Origin: Cycas panzhihuaensis
Taxonomy: Eukaryota > Plantae > Cycadophyta
Length of the DNA stretch: 64,000 nt
Direction of reading: 5' to 3'
Assembly: GCA_023213395.1 (NCBI GenBank)
Contig: CM041465.1
Location: 104,105,741 to 104,169,740 of the forward strand
The position numbers were made by a program, and so were the translations under genes. Below the pieces are notes generated by a model. That model was not told the DNA's origin. It did no database searches and saw nothing but the letters and a program-made list of their open reading frames with translations. The stretch's first letter is position 1. Each line of letters begins with the position of its first letter. This document shows positions 9,621 through 22,899 of this stretch, one piece after another.

Positions 9621-11839
9621 TATAAGTACATAATCAATCAACCATATAATAAATATAATAAATGAATAAGGATAAGGGCAAAGAGCCAATCATGCAAACG
9701 TCATATATAATAACATGTTTAATGTGAAAAACTTATAAATAAAAAAAATCACTTTTAAATGTATATGAGATCTCTTTTTAAGAAAGAATAATCAATAATC
9801 CACATGGTGCATCACCCTAACCTTACAAGGAGGACTAGGTGATCTAATTTTTCTTACAATATATATTTCCCTTATATAGATGTGTCATCTCATCATTATC
9901 TAATGCTATTTCATTGATTTATTAACCAATAAGATCATGCATGTGAGAACTTTTCACATTAACCAATGACTACTTGACTACTAATTAAACACTACATTGA
10001 TATTCATAAAACTCAATATTCCAACCCTCCTTTTTAATGTTTAATTTATGAAATTCTTCAAATATCATCATTATTATCTTCATACTAAATCTTCATGTTG
10101 GATCTCCTATTCGTCATGTGTCTTGTATCATCTATAAATATTGATCATCCAACCCTATCTTTTTTACTGATTCTCTTATAAGCAAATATCATTAATATCT
10201 CATGCCATAGTTCATCACTTATAAATCCATAAATCATTAAAACATAACTCACAACTTATCATGATACATGAAGTCTTTTCTTAATAACTTTATATCTTTT
10301 ACATGTAAGCTACAAAACAAACTCATCAACCTCATGAACGAACCAATTTAGTGATTTTTATATAAAATAACAACCATATACTAAAATGTATGGATAATTA
10401 ACTACTACAATTGCTAGTTATCTAAGATGTGTTTTTCATATGTAGTTCATTATCTTCATAAATAAAATATAACATAGTATGATTAGATAGATATACTATA
10501 ACAACAATTGCTTGTGAATCTTCTTTTGCCTCTTATCCTACAAGATATGGAAAAACTTGTACTTCCTCCATCAATGATTCTACAGATAGGTAACCTTTTC
10601 TATCTTTCTTTAGTCACTAATTTATTAGTAAATTCAATTCTATCAAATGAATCAATTTCAAGAACATAGTATACCACTTGGCTTGTCAAGTTCATTGCAA
10701 AACAATAATATGTGTAATGTTTTTTATAATTACTCAACAATTTATCTTGGTTTTATGGATAATTCACAATCGTTATTATCAATTTTAACAATCAATCATA
10801 TGAAACCTCTCCTTATCTCATATTAGATAGGTAATTCAAACATCTATCTAACTCAATAATAACTTAAATTCTCAAACTTGTAATTAGGTGGTGTTCTCAT
10901 TGATCCATTATTCAATCAAACATGTGATTATTTATCCTTCATTCAATCATTCAATTAAATACTCAAATGATCTGGTGATGTATCCTTTATACAACTAATC
11001 ATATACTAAATTAGGTAATTATTCATCATTATTTCATCAACTGTATCAAATATATCATCTCATTTGATTAATGGTGATCACAACACTACATCAAATGTAT
11101 TCTATGGCTTTGGGAGATCAATATTGATATTCCAACATGTATTTATCTTTTATCCATCATTAAATTCATTCTTATATGCTTTACAACTTGAAAATTTGAG
11201 CCTTTATGTGTGTAAAATGAGCCTTAATATATCTCGTTTTGTTAATTTTCAACTAAATATGCACTCGAATTCATTATCAATCATCTGTTTATATTAACAT
11301 ATAATTAAGAGTTTTAAATATCACTAAAAAATATCAAATCATGTCTCAAATTACTAATTTTTTTTTTTTTTTAATCATATTCCATTAAAGTTTATTATAT
11401 AAGATAATAACTTAATGAATGAAGTAGTGGACATTTAATCACATGATTAATCAACTATATAATAAACATGATAAATGAATAAGGATAAAGGCATAGAGTT
11501 AATCATTTAAACATCATATATGACACCGTGTTTAATGTGGAAAACTTATGAATGGAAAAAGTCATCTCCAACTGTATATAAGATATCATATTAAGAAAGA
11601 ATAAATAACAATCTTTATAGTAAGTCATCTTAACCTTACAAGAAGGACTGGATGATATAATTTTCCTTACAATATGCATTAGCTTTATATAGATATGTCA
11701 TCTCATCATCATCCAATGTTATTTCATCAATATATTAATTAATAAGATGATGTGTATGAGAACTTTTCACATCAGCCAATAACTATTTAACCACTAATTA
11801 AACATTACATCAATCTTCATTATACTCAATATTCTAGCA
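9621..11839 (-). mobile_element. Non-autonomous LTR element, ~400 bp LTRs (~9621-10025, ~11436-11839)
   Basis: Diverged direct repeats; reverse-complement PPT (cctcctttt) after the left LTR. The internal part is homologous to 12830-13800 (e.g. 10360 vs 13219; aaatgagccttaat at ~11215 and ~13706). No TSD found. Confidence 0.75.
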
Positions 11840-12290
11840 CCTTGTAGCTCCTATTATAACCATTTAAAGTTGCAATAATAGATTTTTTATCCTATAGACG
11901 ATGATAGAGAATAGGTCAATATTAAAACCTTTATAAATTTCATAATTTTACTTTGAACTCTATACTATAACCACTTAAAATTTATTACACAGGTATGGTT
12001 ATCTCAAATCTATGGTTGTTATTTTCAAATTTGGTCATTCATACCTCTAAAATAAAATATCTTTGATAAAAATTTTATTTTCAAAGCTTTAAAAACTCTT
12101 CACATAAATTTCTACAAAGATTTTAATAAAATCCTAATTACAAACCCATAATTATTTTTCACTTTACTTCTAAACATAAGGAATATCCATAAAATTATAA
12201 TTCTCATTTAGCTCACAACATCAAAATCACATAAATCTCTATTTTTTATTTAATTCTTAATATCAAGAATATATTTCTTTTATTGAAATA

Positions 12291-15200
12291 GGACTATTGT
12301 TAAAATTTATAATTGGGCTTTGATATCATATTAAAATTTATAAAATTGCTTTAATACTATAAGAGAAATATAGAGTAACATGATGCAAGTATAATAGTAG
12401 AATTAATTTATGAGATATGCACATAAGTAAATAAATCAACATGATAAAATAAAGTATCAAATATGCAACAAGTATTCAAGAGCATTCACTACAAGAGAGA
12501 CACCAAGATTTATATGTAAAAAACTCAGTGTAGGAAAAACCATGGGAGAAGGTGGAGTTTGGACTCCTCTTGTGATCATAATGATTATATCTCCAAGTCT
12601 TCAACATTTCTCAAGTTCTTAAATGGTGTGTGTATATATTTATAATAATGTTACCTCATGAGTAACTTATGATGTGTCTTGAGCCTTTACATCATCTAAT
12701 AGTATGATTACGTAGATATATGTGCATCTCATATATCTAGACGTATGTGAATGATGGGATGGTGTATGTGTACATCATATACATTAAATATTATATATAT
12801 GATTATCACATATTTTAACATTCCTCCTTAATGTTTAATATCTTTGAATCTTGATTTCAAATGTTCATGTCTTTATCCCTTGCTCTTCTACCTGTATGCT
12901 AGATCTTGTAACCTGTATCTTGTATCTATATCATCACCTACAACCTGTAAATGTCCATCATATATAAACTTGTCATCAATATGCTTATTTCCTATAAGTA
13001 TTAACCTGTATACCTGTATATAATCTATATGTAGTCATCTGTATACCAGCAGTGACCATTTATAAACAACCAACATGTAATATAAACCATCATTAAGATT
13101 AACATATATAAAGTGTTTTCTTATACATGTTTATATCTTCACCTATATAGCTACTTTCAATCAACATCTGTCAACCATTCATCAAATCAACAAATAAACA
13201 AAGTGATTTATGAGTCCATATAAAATAATAACCATCTACCAAAATATATAAGTAACCAACCATTATAATCACTAGTTCTCTAGGTAATTGCTTTAGATAC
13301 ATGGTTTATCATCTTTTCAAATTGCTTATACAAGAGTAACTTCTTTCTTTCTTTTGATTGGACCATTTCAACTGCTAAATATTAGTTGGATCTCATTTAT
13401 AACTAATTTGGTATGCCATATGTGACTTTTCTTATTTTGTTAATAGGTGGATTTCTCACAATCTCTTTATCAATCAAACTAGCTACTCTTATGAAATACT
13501 AGGTGGTGTCATTAATCATCAAAACAAGTTTAATCAACCAACTAGTTTGCTCATTTGGTTAGTGCTTATCATCTACTAAATCAAATATGTTTTTCTAAGG
13601 GGGATATTGCATGTCCAATATATTAAGGATTTTTCATATCATAAATTCATCAAATGTTTCTCACTTCATAAATTTTTTAATTGACTTTAAGTCTTCAAAT
13701 GTCATAAATGAGCCTTAATTTATTCACTTTTAAACCAAACTTTCTTTTTCTCTCACCATATTTCAAAAATAATATCACCATTATGTTTGGAGCCTTTGAA
13801 AACATCAGAATACACTAATTTTTTTAAAAAATAGTTATGGAATTTATCCTTTATGAGGTTTGAGTACTTTTATCAAATTTACCCTTTAGTTTCTCTATCA
13901 TTTGTTATCTGAAGTATGCCATATAACCACTCATTTCAATTATCTTGAAGTTGTCTTTCCAATGTAACTAATGACACCTAAATCTAATATTATTGTGACA
14001 AGTTATGATAGAAAACATACTAATATACCATAAAAAATTATATGATCCTTAAGAAACTTGAAAATAAATTTAAAAAATCATACTAATTTCATATAAACTT
14101 TTTGAAAAGACAAAAAAACTTCAATTTAGTTAACTCCATTTCGGAGTTTGCCCCCTTTGTTGCTTATCCCCTAGTCATATGGGCTTTGCATATGACATCC
14201 TGTTACTGATTCGACATGGCTTAAATTCATATTTTAATTTATTATAAAAAAATGATTATATTAAAAATTTTGGATGCAAATTTTCTTATTGTTTCCAAAG
14301 ATCACTCTCTATATATTATCTTCTTCCTCTATATTTCTCTGTGTGATGAGTGCATTAAGGTTTAATCCAATTTTTATTTATCTCATGATCGATTAGGCAA
14401 ATCTATTATTTGCTTATAGTCTTCTTCCTATGGGCAATGGTATTCTTCCTATATGTAAATCTTCTTCAACGTCTATGTACATTAAAATGTGAGCAATGTA
14501 AATCAAGTGGTAGCTACTCTTTTTCAATCCTATGGTGGCATCTAGCATACAAATAGTTTTCTTTATTTTAGTGGTAGCTTAACTTTATGTTGAGAGTATC
14601 TTCAAGCTTTCTTCCTATAGTTTATTATTCAATATTGTTACATATAATTGTGTAATCTATCTGATAGGGCATCTCCATATCGTTAAGGGTTTGACATGCT
14701 CCACGGATGACTAGACAGATGGCTATATAGGGCTATAAGCTGCATCTCTAATCGGCTACTCTCCATTATCTATGCATGCTCCATTTGTATGAAGGCAAGG
14801 GCGTTTAGCCATGTACCCTCTTTATCCATGGGCAAGTTACCTTATGGATTCATCCATTGACTATGCTACCTTTAATTATATGTTCATTATAACAATGTTC
14901 CTTCATTCTAGTTGGCATTGAGCTGTAGTGTTAGGGCATGTGTATGGTATTTGTGTGTTACCGATCTCTATTCCATATACAATGTTAGTTGTATTTAGGC
15001 ACGAGTGACTTCGATTAGGAATATTCATAGAGGGTAATCTCACATTAGTGGCATTATGGATAGATGGCATAATGCTTATGTTTAGTAAATTTTCTTAGTC
15101 TTCTTCTTTATATTCCATATTCTATGGCAACTATATGTGCAAGCAATTTTCTGGCTAGGGTGTTGGCTATATTTACAAACCTTTTACAAGAAGTTTCTCT

Positions 15201-16295
15201 ACATGTGGGCATTCAACTTCATATTTCTATGCATAAGGATCCATGGATAGATCTGGGCTTTATCTCTATCTAGATTAGCTTGATTATGGAATTCATCTAT
15301 TTATCATGGCAGGTCTATTTCTCAATACTGTGTTATGATAGAGACTGAAACCCTTACGTTGAATTCATCATGAATATTATTACAATCAACCCTTGCAATT
15401 TTTTTTTTATGCCACTATCAAATATAAATATATGTAATATTATCCACATTCAACAAAGAATAATAATTTGTAATATGACTTTTATTTATGCCCTTAATAA
15501 TGCCATTAACATTTCATACCACCATAAAATTTCTTTCCATGTAATGTAAATTTACTCATATAAGTATTTCATGTTGTTGTAATAAATTTCCATGTAAGGC
15601 CACCCACCTTTATTTGCTATCAAACATATATTCTATATATGTTTAATGGTACACACATTTATTTGCTATCAAACACATATTCCATACATGTCTTATATCA
15701 TGTATCATGGACATGTTCAAACTTTTGGCTCATCAAATACACCTTATATCAGCCTCTTGCACTGGCTCTGTCACAACTCTATTACTGCCATATCATACTG
15801 AATTGATAATCTTCTTCTCATTATGTGAGATTTTTTAACCATGGATCTACCATGTTAAAATTTATAATTGGGCTCTGATACCATGTTAAAGTTTACAAAA
15901 TTTCTCTGATACCATAAGAGAAATGTAGAGTAACATGATGCAAGTATAATAATATAATTAACTCATGAGATATGTATATAAGTAAATGAAGCAACATGAT
16001 AAAGTAAAGTATCAAATATGCAACAAGTATTCAAGAGTATTCACCATAAGAGAGACACCAAGATTTATACATGAAAAACCTAGTATAGAAAAAACCATAG
16101 GAGAAAGTAGAGTTTGGACTCCTCTTATGATCATAATGATTACATCTCCAAGTCTTCAACCTTTCTCAAGATCTCAAGTGGTGTGTATATATATTTATAA
16201 TAAATATTCACCTCATGAGTAGCTTATGATGTGTCTTAAGACTGTACATCATCTAATAGTATAATTACATAGATATGTGTGCATCTCATATATCT
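12291..16295 (-). mobile_element. Non-autonomous LTR element, LTRs 12360-12820 and 15915-~16295 (truncated), apparently part of a tandem
   Basis: Clearly homologous LTR pair; PPT rc ttcctcctta at 12821; iMet PBS rc ctctgatacca at 15904-15914; a decayed PBS block also lies next to the left LTR. Confidence 0.8.
15848..15914 (-). promoter_or_regulatory. Triplicated tRNA-iMet primer-binding site (31 bp period)
   Basis: Minus strand: TGGTATCAGAG-aaattttgtaaactttaaca-TGGTATCAGAG-cccaattataaattttaaca-TGGTA. The same block, decayed, is at 12291-12359. Confidence 0.8.
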
Positions 16296-17034
16296 TAATA
16301 ATCCAAAAAAGATTACATAAAATAGTCTAGAAACTAAAAAAATTACAACCCTAAAATTAAAAACACTAGTACTTGATCAATTTTCTTAAGCTATTGAATG
16401 GACTTCATTAAATTATATAATGTTTCTTAAACCATATTAGAGTAATGACTAAAACATCTGGGTAGAATAATATTGGTAAGTTTAGAATCATGATGTTCTC
16501 TTAAAGTCCTAGAATTGGATTTTGATTCATCCATATTGAATTTAATATACTTTTATTCATTACCTTTTCCATTTAGAACTTGCATGGTGAGGTACTGATT
16601 AATTCTCTCTACTTCTTAAATAAGTGACTATTTAATAGTTATATCAACTATAATGGAATCAATAGGTATAAGAGACAAAGGAACTAAAAGAATAACCAAA
16701 TTGGAAGGTTGATCCAAAAGGAGAAGCTACAATAATTTTGCTAGAATCTTAATGGGAGGCTTATTAGTAGATATTTTCAAAAATCAAGAATTTAACATCC
16801 ATCTAATACATATAAGCCAAGTATGCATTTGTCACTTTTATTTTAATTTGATTTCGAGCTTTTGTACATGTGCCATTAATGTTTGTCTATTATTTTAGTG
16901 ATGGGTATGTAAGTAACTTAACCTATGATAATTTTGACATTTGTCAATGGCATAATAATAATAGCCACTAAAGCCTTCTATGTGGGTGACTTTCATTGCT
17001 TCTTATCATGACTTTAGTATCACTACCTTGTGAT

Positions 17035-17666
17035 TGTTGGGTAATGTGACAACAATAGTTGGAGACTAAAATTTTAACATGTTGGCAGTGCGGGTTCCTC
17101 CTAAACCTTCCTCAGGGGGCAGGATCCTCCCTTGGCCAGGGGGATGCGAGTGGTGTAGAATGCCCCCCGCAAAGAGGGGGTTCGAGGGTGATAGCCCCTG
17201 ACCTAAAAATTTAGCACTAAAAGTATATAAAATTGTAAAGAGAATCAAGGTTGTTCACTAAAAATACCCTAGATTCTACGGTCAAGATTTGTGCCTTGGA
17301 TGACCCTCTCATGTAGCCTGATTTAGGGTATTTTTTATTTTATGTTGATTGTGTTTAATGTACTGTGAGGCGGGTAGTTGGTTGTTGTTGTTATGAGCAC
17401 TCTGCTATAGGATTATGTATATTTTCTCCATTCTGTGACAATAAAGATTGATACCTTTCCCGTATGTATGTTTTCCTATCATATTGCTAGGGTTTTACCA
17501 TGTTATATGGGGTGTATTTGTGTGCTTGGTTTTCTTGTTCAATTTATTATTTTATCTCTGGTTTAAGAACTTGTATGTAATTTTTAGTTTCAATTTCTGT
17601 AACTAGTTACAAGAATAGTTTAGATCTTGGTGGCAATTTAAGGGTTGGGACCTTGTCTTCTCAACA
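17035..17666 (+). repeat. 5' LTR of the copia element
   Basis: TGTTGG...TCAACA; direct repeat of 21699-22343. Confidence 0.95.
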
Positions 17667-17740
17667 AGTGGTATCAGAGTCACTTTTATTTTTGCAACGA
17701 ATTTGTGAAGGTTTTGGTGTCGGCTTTCCTACACTAAATA

Positions 17741-20700
17741 GTGAAATTGATAAGCATAAAGTTCAATGTGGAGAAATTTAATGGTAAGAATAACTTCAAG
17801 TTGTGGAAGTTGAAAGCATATGATGTTCTTGTACAATAAGGTTTGTATAGAGCTCTTACAGGAAAAATGAGGAAACCCGTAGGGATGGACGATGATGAAT
17901 GGGATGATCTAGATAAAAAGGCTCTTAGCATAATATAATTGTGTTTAGTAGATGAAGTTCTATTTAACATCACAGCAGAGTAGACAACAGTAGGATTATG
18001 GACTCAATTAGAAGGCTTGTGTATGATCAAATCAGTGATAAATCAAATCTACTTAAAGAGGTAGCTGTACTCATTATGGATGAAGGAAGGTACAAAAATT
18101 GCTAACCATTTAAATATTTTCAATACTCTTATTTGTTAGTTGGCTATTATCGATGTCAAAATTGAGGATGAGGACAAGGCTATTACCTTCTTATCCTCAT
18201 TACCAAAATCTTGGGATAATATTATCACCTCAATTAGTTTTAGCACTATAGATGAATTAGAATATGATTCTATTGTGAGTGCTTTATTGATAGAAGAACT
18301 GCAGAGGAAGTCTAGTATTGGAACCTCCATACCAGAAGCCACGATAGTAAGGGGTAGAACAATTGATAAAGGACAAAACTTTAGGGATACAATGAGGTTA
18401 AAGTCAAAAGGCAAGAAGAGTAAGCTCAAGTATTGGTACTGTAATAAGACTGGTCACCTCAAGAAGGATTGCTACAAAAGAAAGGAGTTCTATAAGAAGG
18501 AAGATCTTGCCAAGGAGGCTAATCAGGTGGAGTTAAATCAAGGTACAGATGATAATATCTTGGTTGCTTATAATGTTTCCTATTATCACCATGACTGGTT
18601 ATTAGATTCAGGTGCTTCACACCACATGTGTCCACATAAGAGTTAGTTCTCATCATACCAACCTCTTGATGGTGGTGATGTGCTTATGGGAAATGAAGTT
18701 TCTTATAAGACAATGGGTATTGATAGCATTAGAATTAAGATGCTCAATGGTGTAGTAAGAATATTAATTAAGGTTTGACATGTACTTGATCTGAAAAGGA
18801 ATTTGATTTCCTTGGGTGAACTAGATTTGGGTGGTTTAAGCATACAGGTCATGAAGGAGTCTTAAAGGTGTCAAAGGGCACCTTGGTTGTTATGAAAGCC
18901 TAAAAGAAAGGAAACATTTATATTTTACTAGGAAGTACAGATGTCAACCATGCAGCTACAACATCAAAGACTACAGAAGATCTAGCTCAGTTATGGCATC
19001 AGAGACTTGGGCACATGAGTGAGAGAGGACTTAAGGTGTTGATAAACTGTAAGTTACTTCCTAACTTATAACTTTCAGATTTGGCTTTCTGTAAACATTA
19101 TATTTTTGGAAAGTAGTGTAGACTTAGGTTTAAAGTAAGGAGTCACACTAGTAAAGGTGTTCTAGATTACATACATTCAGATGTGTGGGGACCAGCCACT
19201 AAAATATCTTATGGAGGATCATTATACTTTGTCACATTTATAGATGATTATTCCAGAAAGGTATGGGTCTATTTTTTGAAAAGGAAATCTAAAGTTTTCA
19301 GTATGTTTAAGCAGTTCAAGGCTCTAGTTAAGAGTAACACTAGTAAGTCAATCAAATATTTAAGAACTGATAATGGAGGTGAGTTCAACTCCTTAGAGTT
19401 TAAGAACTATTGTAGAGAAGCTAGGATTGAAAGACACAAGACCACTAGCTATACTCTACAGCAAAATGGCATCGCTGAGTGCATGAATAGGACACTCTTG
19501 GAATGAGTAAGAAGCATGCTAAGTAATATTAGAGTGGAGTAGGGCTTATGGGCAGAAGCTATTCAAACAACTTGCTATCTGGTAAATAGGTCATTATCAC
19601 TTGTAATAGATTGGAAGATTCCTGAAGAGGTATGGACTGGACATCCATGTGATTATTCAAATTTAAAAGTTTTTGGTTATGATGCTTATGCCTAGACTGA
19701 TAAAAGTAAATGTTCAAAGTTAGACCCAAAATCTAAGAGATGTATCTTTATGTGATAAAGATGGTGTGAAGGGATACAGGTTGTGGGATCCTATTACCCA
19801 CAAAATCACCATTAATAGAGATATTGTATTTGATGAATCTCCCCTTCTAAAATCAGACAGTGTAGAAGTTGAAGTGAAACAAGAGTAAAAAGTTGAACAT
19901 CAATAGGTCAAGTTTGAAAGACAACCATCTTTGGAATCAGAAGAGCAAGAAGATATTTTTGAAGATGAATCTATAACAAATTTACAGGAGTATGTGGACA
20001 CTCCTCTACCAATAGTTAGAAGATCTACAAGAGTTAGTCATCCACCTGACAGGTACAACCCTTCTACTTCTATTGCTTTAGTTTCTAATGATGGTGAGCC
20101 TAAATGTTATTAAGAAGTAGTAGATAATATCCATAGTGAGAAGTGGAATAAGACTATGCAGGAAGATATAGATGCTTTAAAGAAAAATAATTCATGGGAC
20201 TTAGAACTTCCAAAGAGTAGGAAGACTGTTGGTTACAGGTGGGTTTTTAAGATAAAAATAGATATTGATGGAAAGGTTGACAAGTACATGGCAAGGCTGG
20301 TGGCTAAAGGCTTTGTATAAAAAGTAGGTATTGACTTTCATGAGATCTTTTCACCAGTTATCAAAATTGTTTTAATTCGAATGCTATTAGCACTGGTAGC
20401 TTCTCTTGATTTAGAGTTGGAGTAGTTAGATGTAAAAATAACTTTTCTACATGAAGATCTAGATGAGAAGATCTATATGGATAAGCCAGAAGGGTTTGTA
20501 CAGGATGGCAGAAAAAGACTTATTTACAGGCTCAGGAAATCATTGTATGGCCTGAAGCAATCACCTAGGCAATGGTACAAGAAGTTTGATGCCTTCATGG
20601 AGAGGCAAAATTTTAAAAGAAACGAGTATGATCATTGTGTTTACTTTAAATTTATGGATAATGGCTTATTCATTATCTTGGTATTGTATGTTGATGACAT

Positions 20701-21650
20701 GCTAGTTGTAAGCAAGAGCATGAAAGATATTAATAAGTTAAAGGCTTAATTGGTTAGGACTTTTGATATGAAGGATTTAGGAGCTGTAAAATAAATCTTA
20801 GGTATGGAGATACATAGAGACAGGAAAAATGGTAAGCTATGGTTATCACGGTAGAAATATGTGGAGAAGGTGCTAACCAAGTTTGGTATGGCAAGCGTGA
20901 AACCAATGAGTATCGCATTGGCTTCCTATGTCAAGCTTTCTTCGAGTATGAGTCCTAGTAATGAAAAAGAAAAGGATTATATGTCTCATGTGTCTTATGT
21001 CAGTGTAGTAGAAAGTTTGATGTATGTCATGGTATGTACAAGAGCTGACATTTCACATGCAATTGGTGTAGTTAGCAGTCTTATGGCAAATCTAGGAAAG
21101 GAACATTGGGTAGTAGTGAAATGGATGCTTCGGTATTTGAGAGGCATAAGTGACTATTACATCACCTTTAGAGGTACAGGTAGTCAGGTTTGTGGATATG
21201 TTGATTCATACTTTGTAGGAGATTTAGATAAGAGAAGGTCTACTTCAGGTTATGTATTCACTCTTGCAAATGGTCCAATTAGTTGGATGTCAAAATTGCA
21301 GAGCACAATTGTATTATTGACTACAGAAGCTGAATATGTTGTTGTAGCACATTCTTGTAAAGAAGCATTCTAGTTACAGGGTCTATTGGATGAACTTGGA
21401 AGGAAACAGAAAAAGGTAAAGGTATTTTGTGACAGTCAAAATGCCATTTACCTAGCCAAGAATCTAGCTTATCATAGTAGGATAGCATATTGCTCTTAAG
21501 TATCATTTTGTTAGACTGGTTATGGAAGCAAGTGGATTGGCACTTGGGAAGGTTAATACAAAATAGAATTATGCTGATATGTTCACAAAACAAGTACTAT
21601 TAGAGAAGTTCAAATGGTATTTGACTTCTCTTGGCTTGCAGAAAAGGTGA
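17741..21650 (+). pseudogene. Copia gag-pol (gag, zinc knuckle, protease, integrase, RT, RNase H) with many stops
   Basis: KFNVEKFNGKNNFKLW, YWYCNKTGHLKKDC, WLLDSGASHHM, LWHQRLGHMS, FIDDYSRK, LRTDNGGEF, SLYGLKQSPRQW, LYVDDML, DLDKRRSTSGY, TTEAEY. Confidence 0.95.
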
Positions 21651-21698
21651 TGAAGGGTCCAGGAAAGGTACCAAATAAATTGTTATCAAGGTGGAGAT

Positions 21699-22343
21699 TA
21701 TTGGGTAATGTGATAACAATGGTTGGAGACTAAAATTTTGACATGTTGGTAGTGCAGGTTCCTCCCAAACCTTCCTCGGGGGGTTCCAAGGAGGCTGGGA
21801 GCCCCCCTTGGCCAGGGGGATGTGGGTGGTGTGGAACACCCCCCATAAAGAGGGGGTTCAGAGGCGATAGCCCTCGACCCAAAAATTTAGCACTGAAAGT
21901 ATATCAAATTATAAAGAGAATTAGGGTTGTTCGCTAAAAATACCCTAGATTCTATGGTCAAGATTTATGCCTTGGATGACCCTCTCATGTAGCCTGATTT
22001 ATGGCATTTTTCATTTTATGTTGATTGTGTTTAATGTACTATGAGGCAGGTGGCTGGTTGTTGTTTCTGTGAGCAATCTGCTATAGGATTATGTACATTT
22101 TCTCCATTCTATGACAATAAAGATCGATACCTTTCCTGTGTGGATATTTTCCTAGTACATTGCTAGGGTTTTCCCACATTATATCAGGTGTATTTATGTG
22201 CTTGGATTTCTTGTTCAATTTATTGTTTTATCTCTGGTTTAAGAAATTACATGTAATTTTTAGTTTCAATTTCTGTAAATTAGTTGCAAGAATAGTTTAG
22301 ATCTTGGTGGCGGTTTAAGGGTTGGGACCTTGTCTTCTCAATA
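21699..22343 (+). repeat. 3' LTR of the copia element
   Basis: Direct repeat of the 5' LTR; termini decayed to TA...TA. Confidence 0.95.
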
Positions 22344-22899
22344 GTGATTCAACTCCTATATTACTTAACTCTCTCTTTAGACCCCTTATGTTTCTTTTCC
22401 TAACCTCTAGAAATACTTAATGTAGTCTTAGAGAGCCCATTGACATTGTTTGGTTTACATGTGGTGATAATTTATTATTTTTGATGCTTTTATTATAGTT
22501 AAACTTTATTGGAAATAAATTAGATAATTGTTACTTTTATTTTGTTTTCTCTTATTGCATATGTATATCATCTTTCCTTCAAAACTAGAATTGTAAGTGA
22601 AAAAAGACACCTAAAGAACTTTTTTCCATTATAAGTTACAAAGGAGTGACTATTTGGAGCATTCCTTCTCACTTCCCTTAATCAAGATTGCCTACTAGGC
22701 ATGGGAAATGCTATCAATTTTTTATCAAGTATGCATAAACGCTTGGTAATTTCAAGTTATATTTAAAGTTATTTTTTAATAACTTGAGGTTCTTAACAAA
22801 CTTTTATCCATTATAACATAATCCAACAAGTATAAATACTTCTGGATTTCACATATATTTGATTAGTATTACAATAGGTTCTCTTAGTTTATTATTTTG

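Larger units (their letters stand above)
17035..22343 (+). mobile_element. Full-length decayed Ty1/copia (Tnt1/Tork-like) retrotransposon
   Basis: LTRs 17035-17666 and 21699-22343; TSD GTGAT (17030-17034 / 22344-22348); PBS TGGTATCAGAG 17669-17679; PPT aaggtggaga before 21699. Confidence 0.97.

Noticed and set aside
14600-15400. Slightly GC-richer internal segment as a captured host gene
   Set aside because: No ORF or motif recognised in the frames I tried.
15848-15914. CRISPR-like repeat-spacer appearance
   Set aside because: The repeat is a tRNA-iMet PBS, the spacers resemble each other, there are no cas genes, and the context is eukaryotic.
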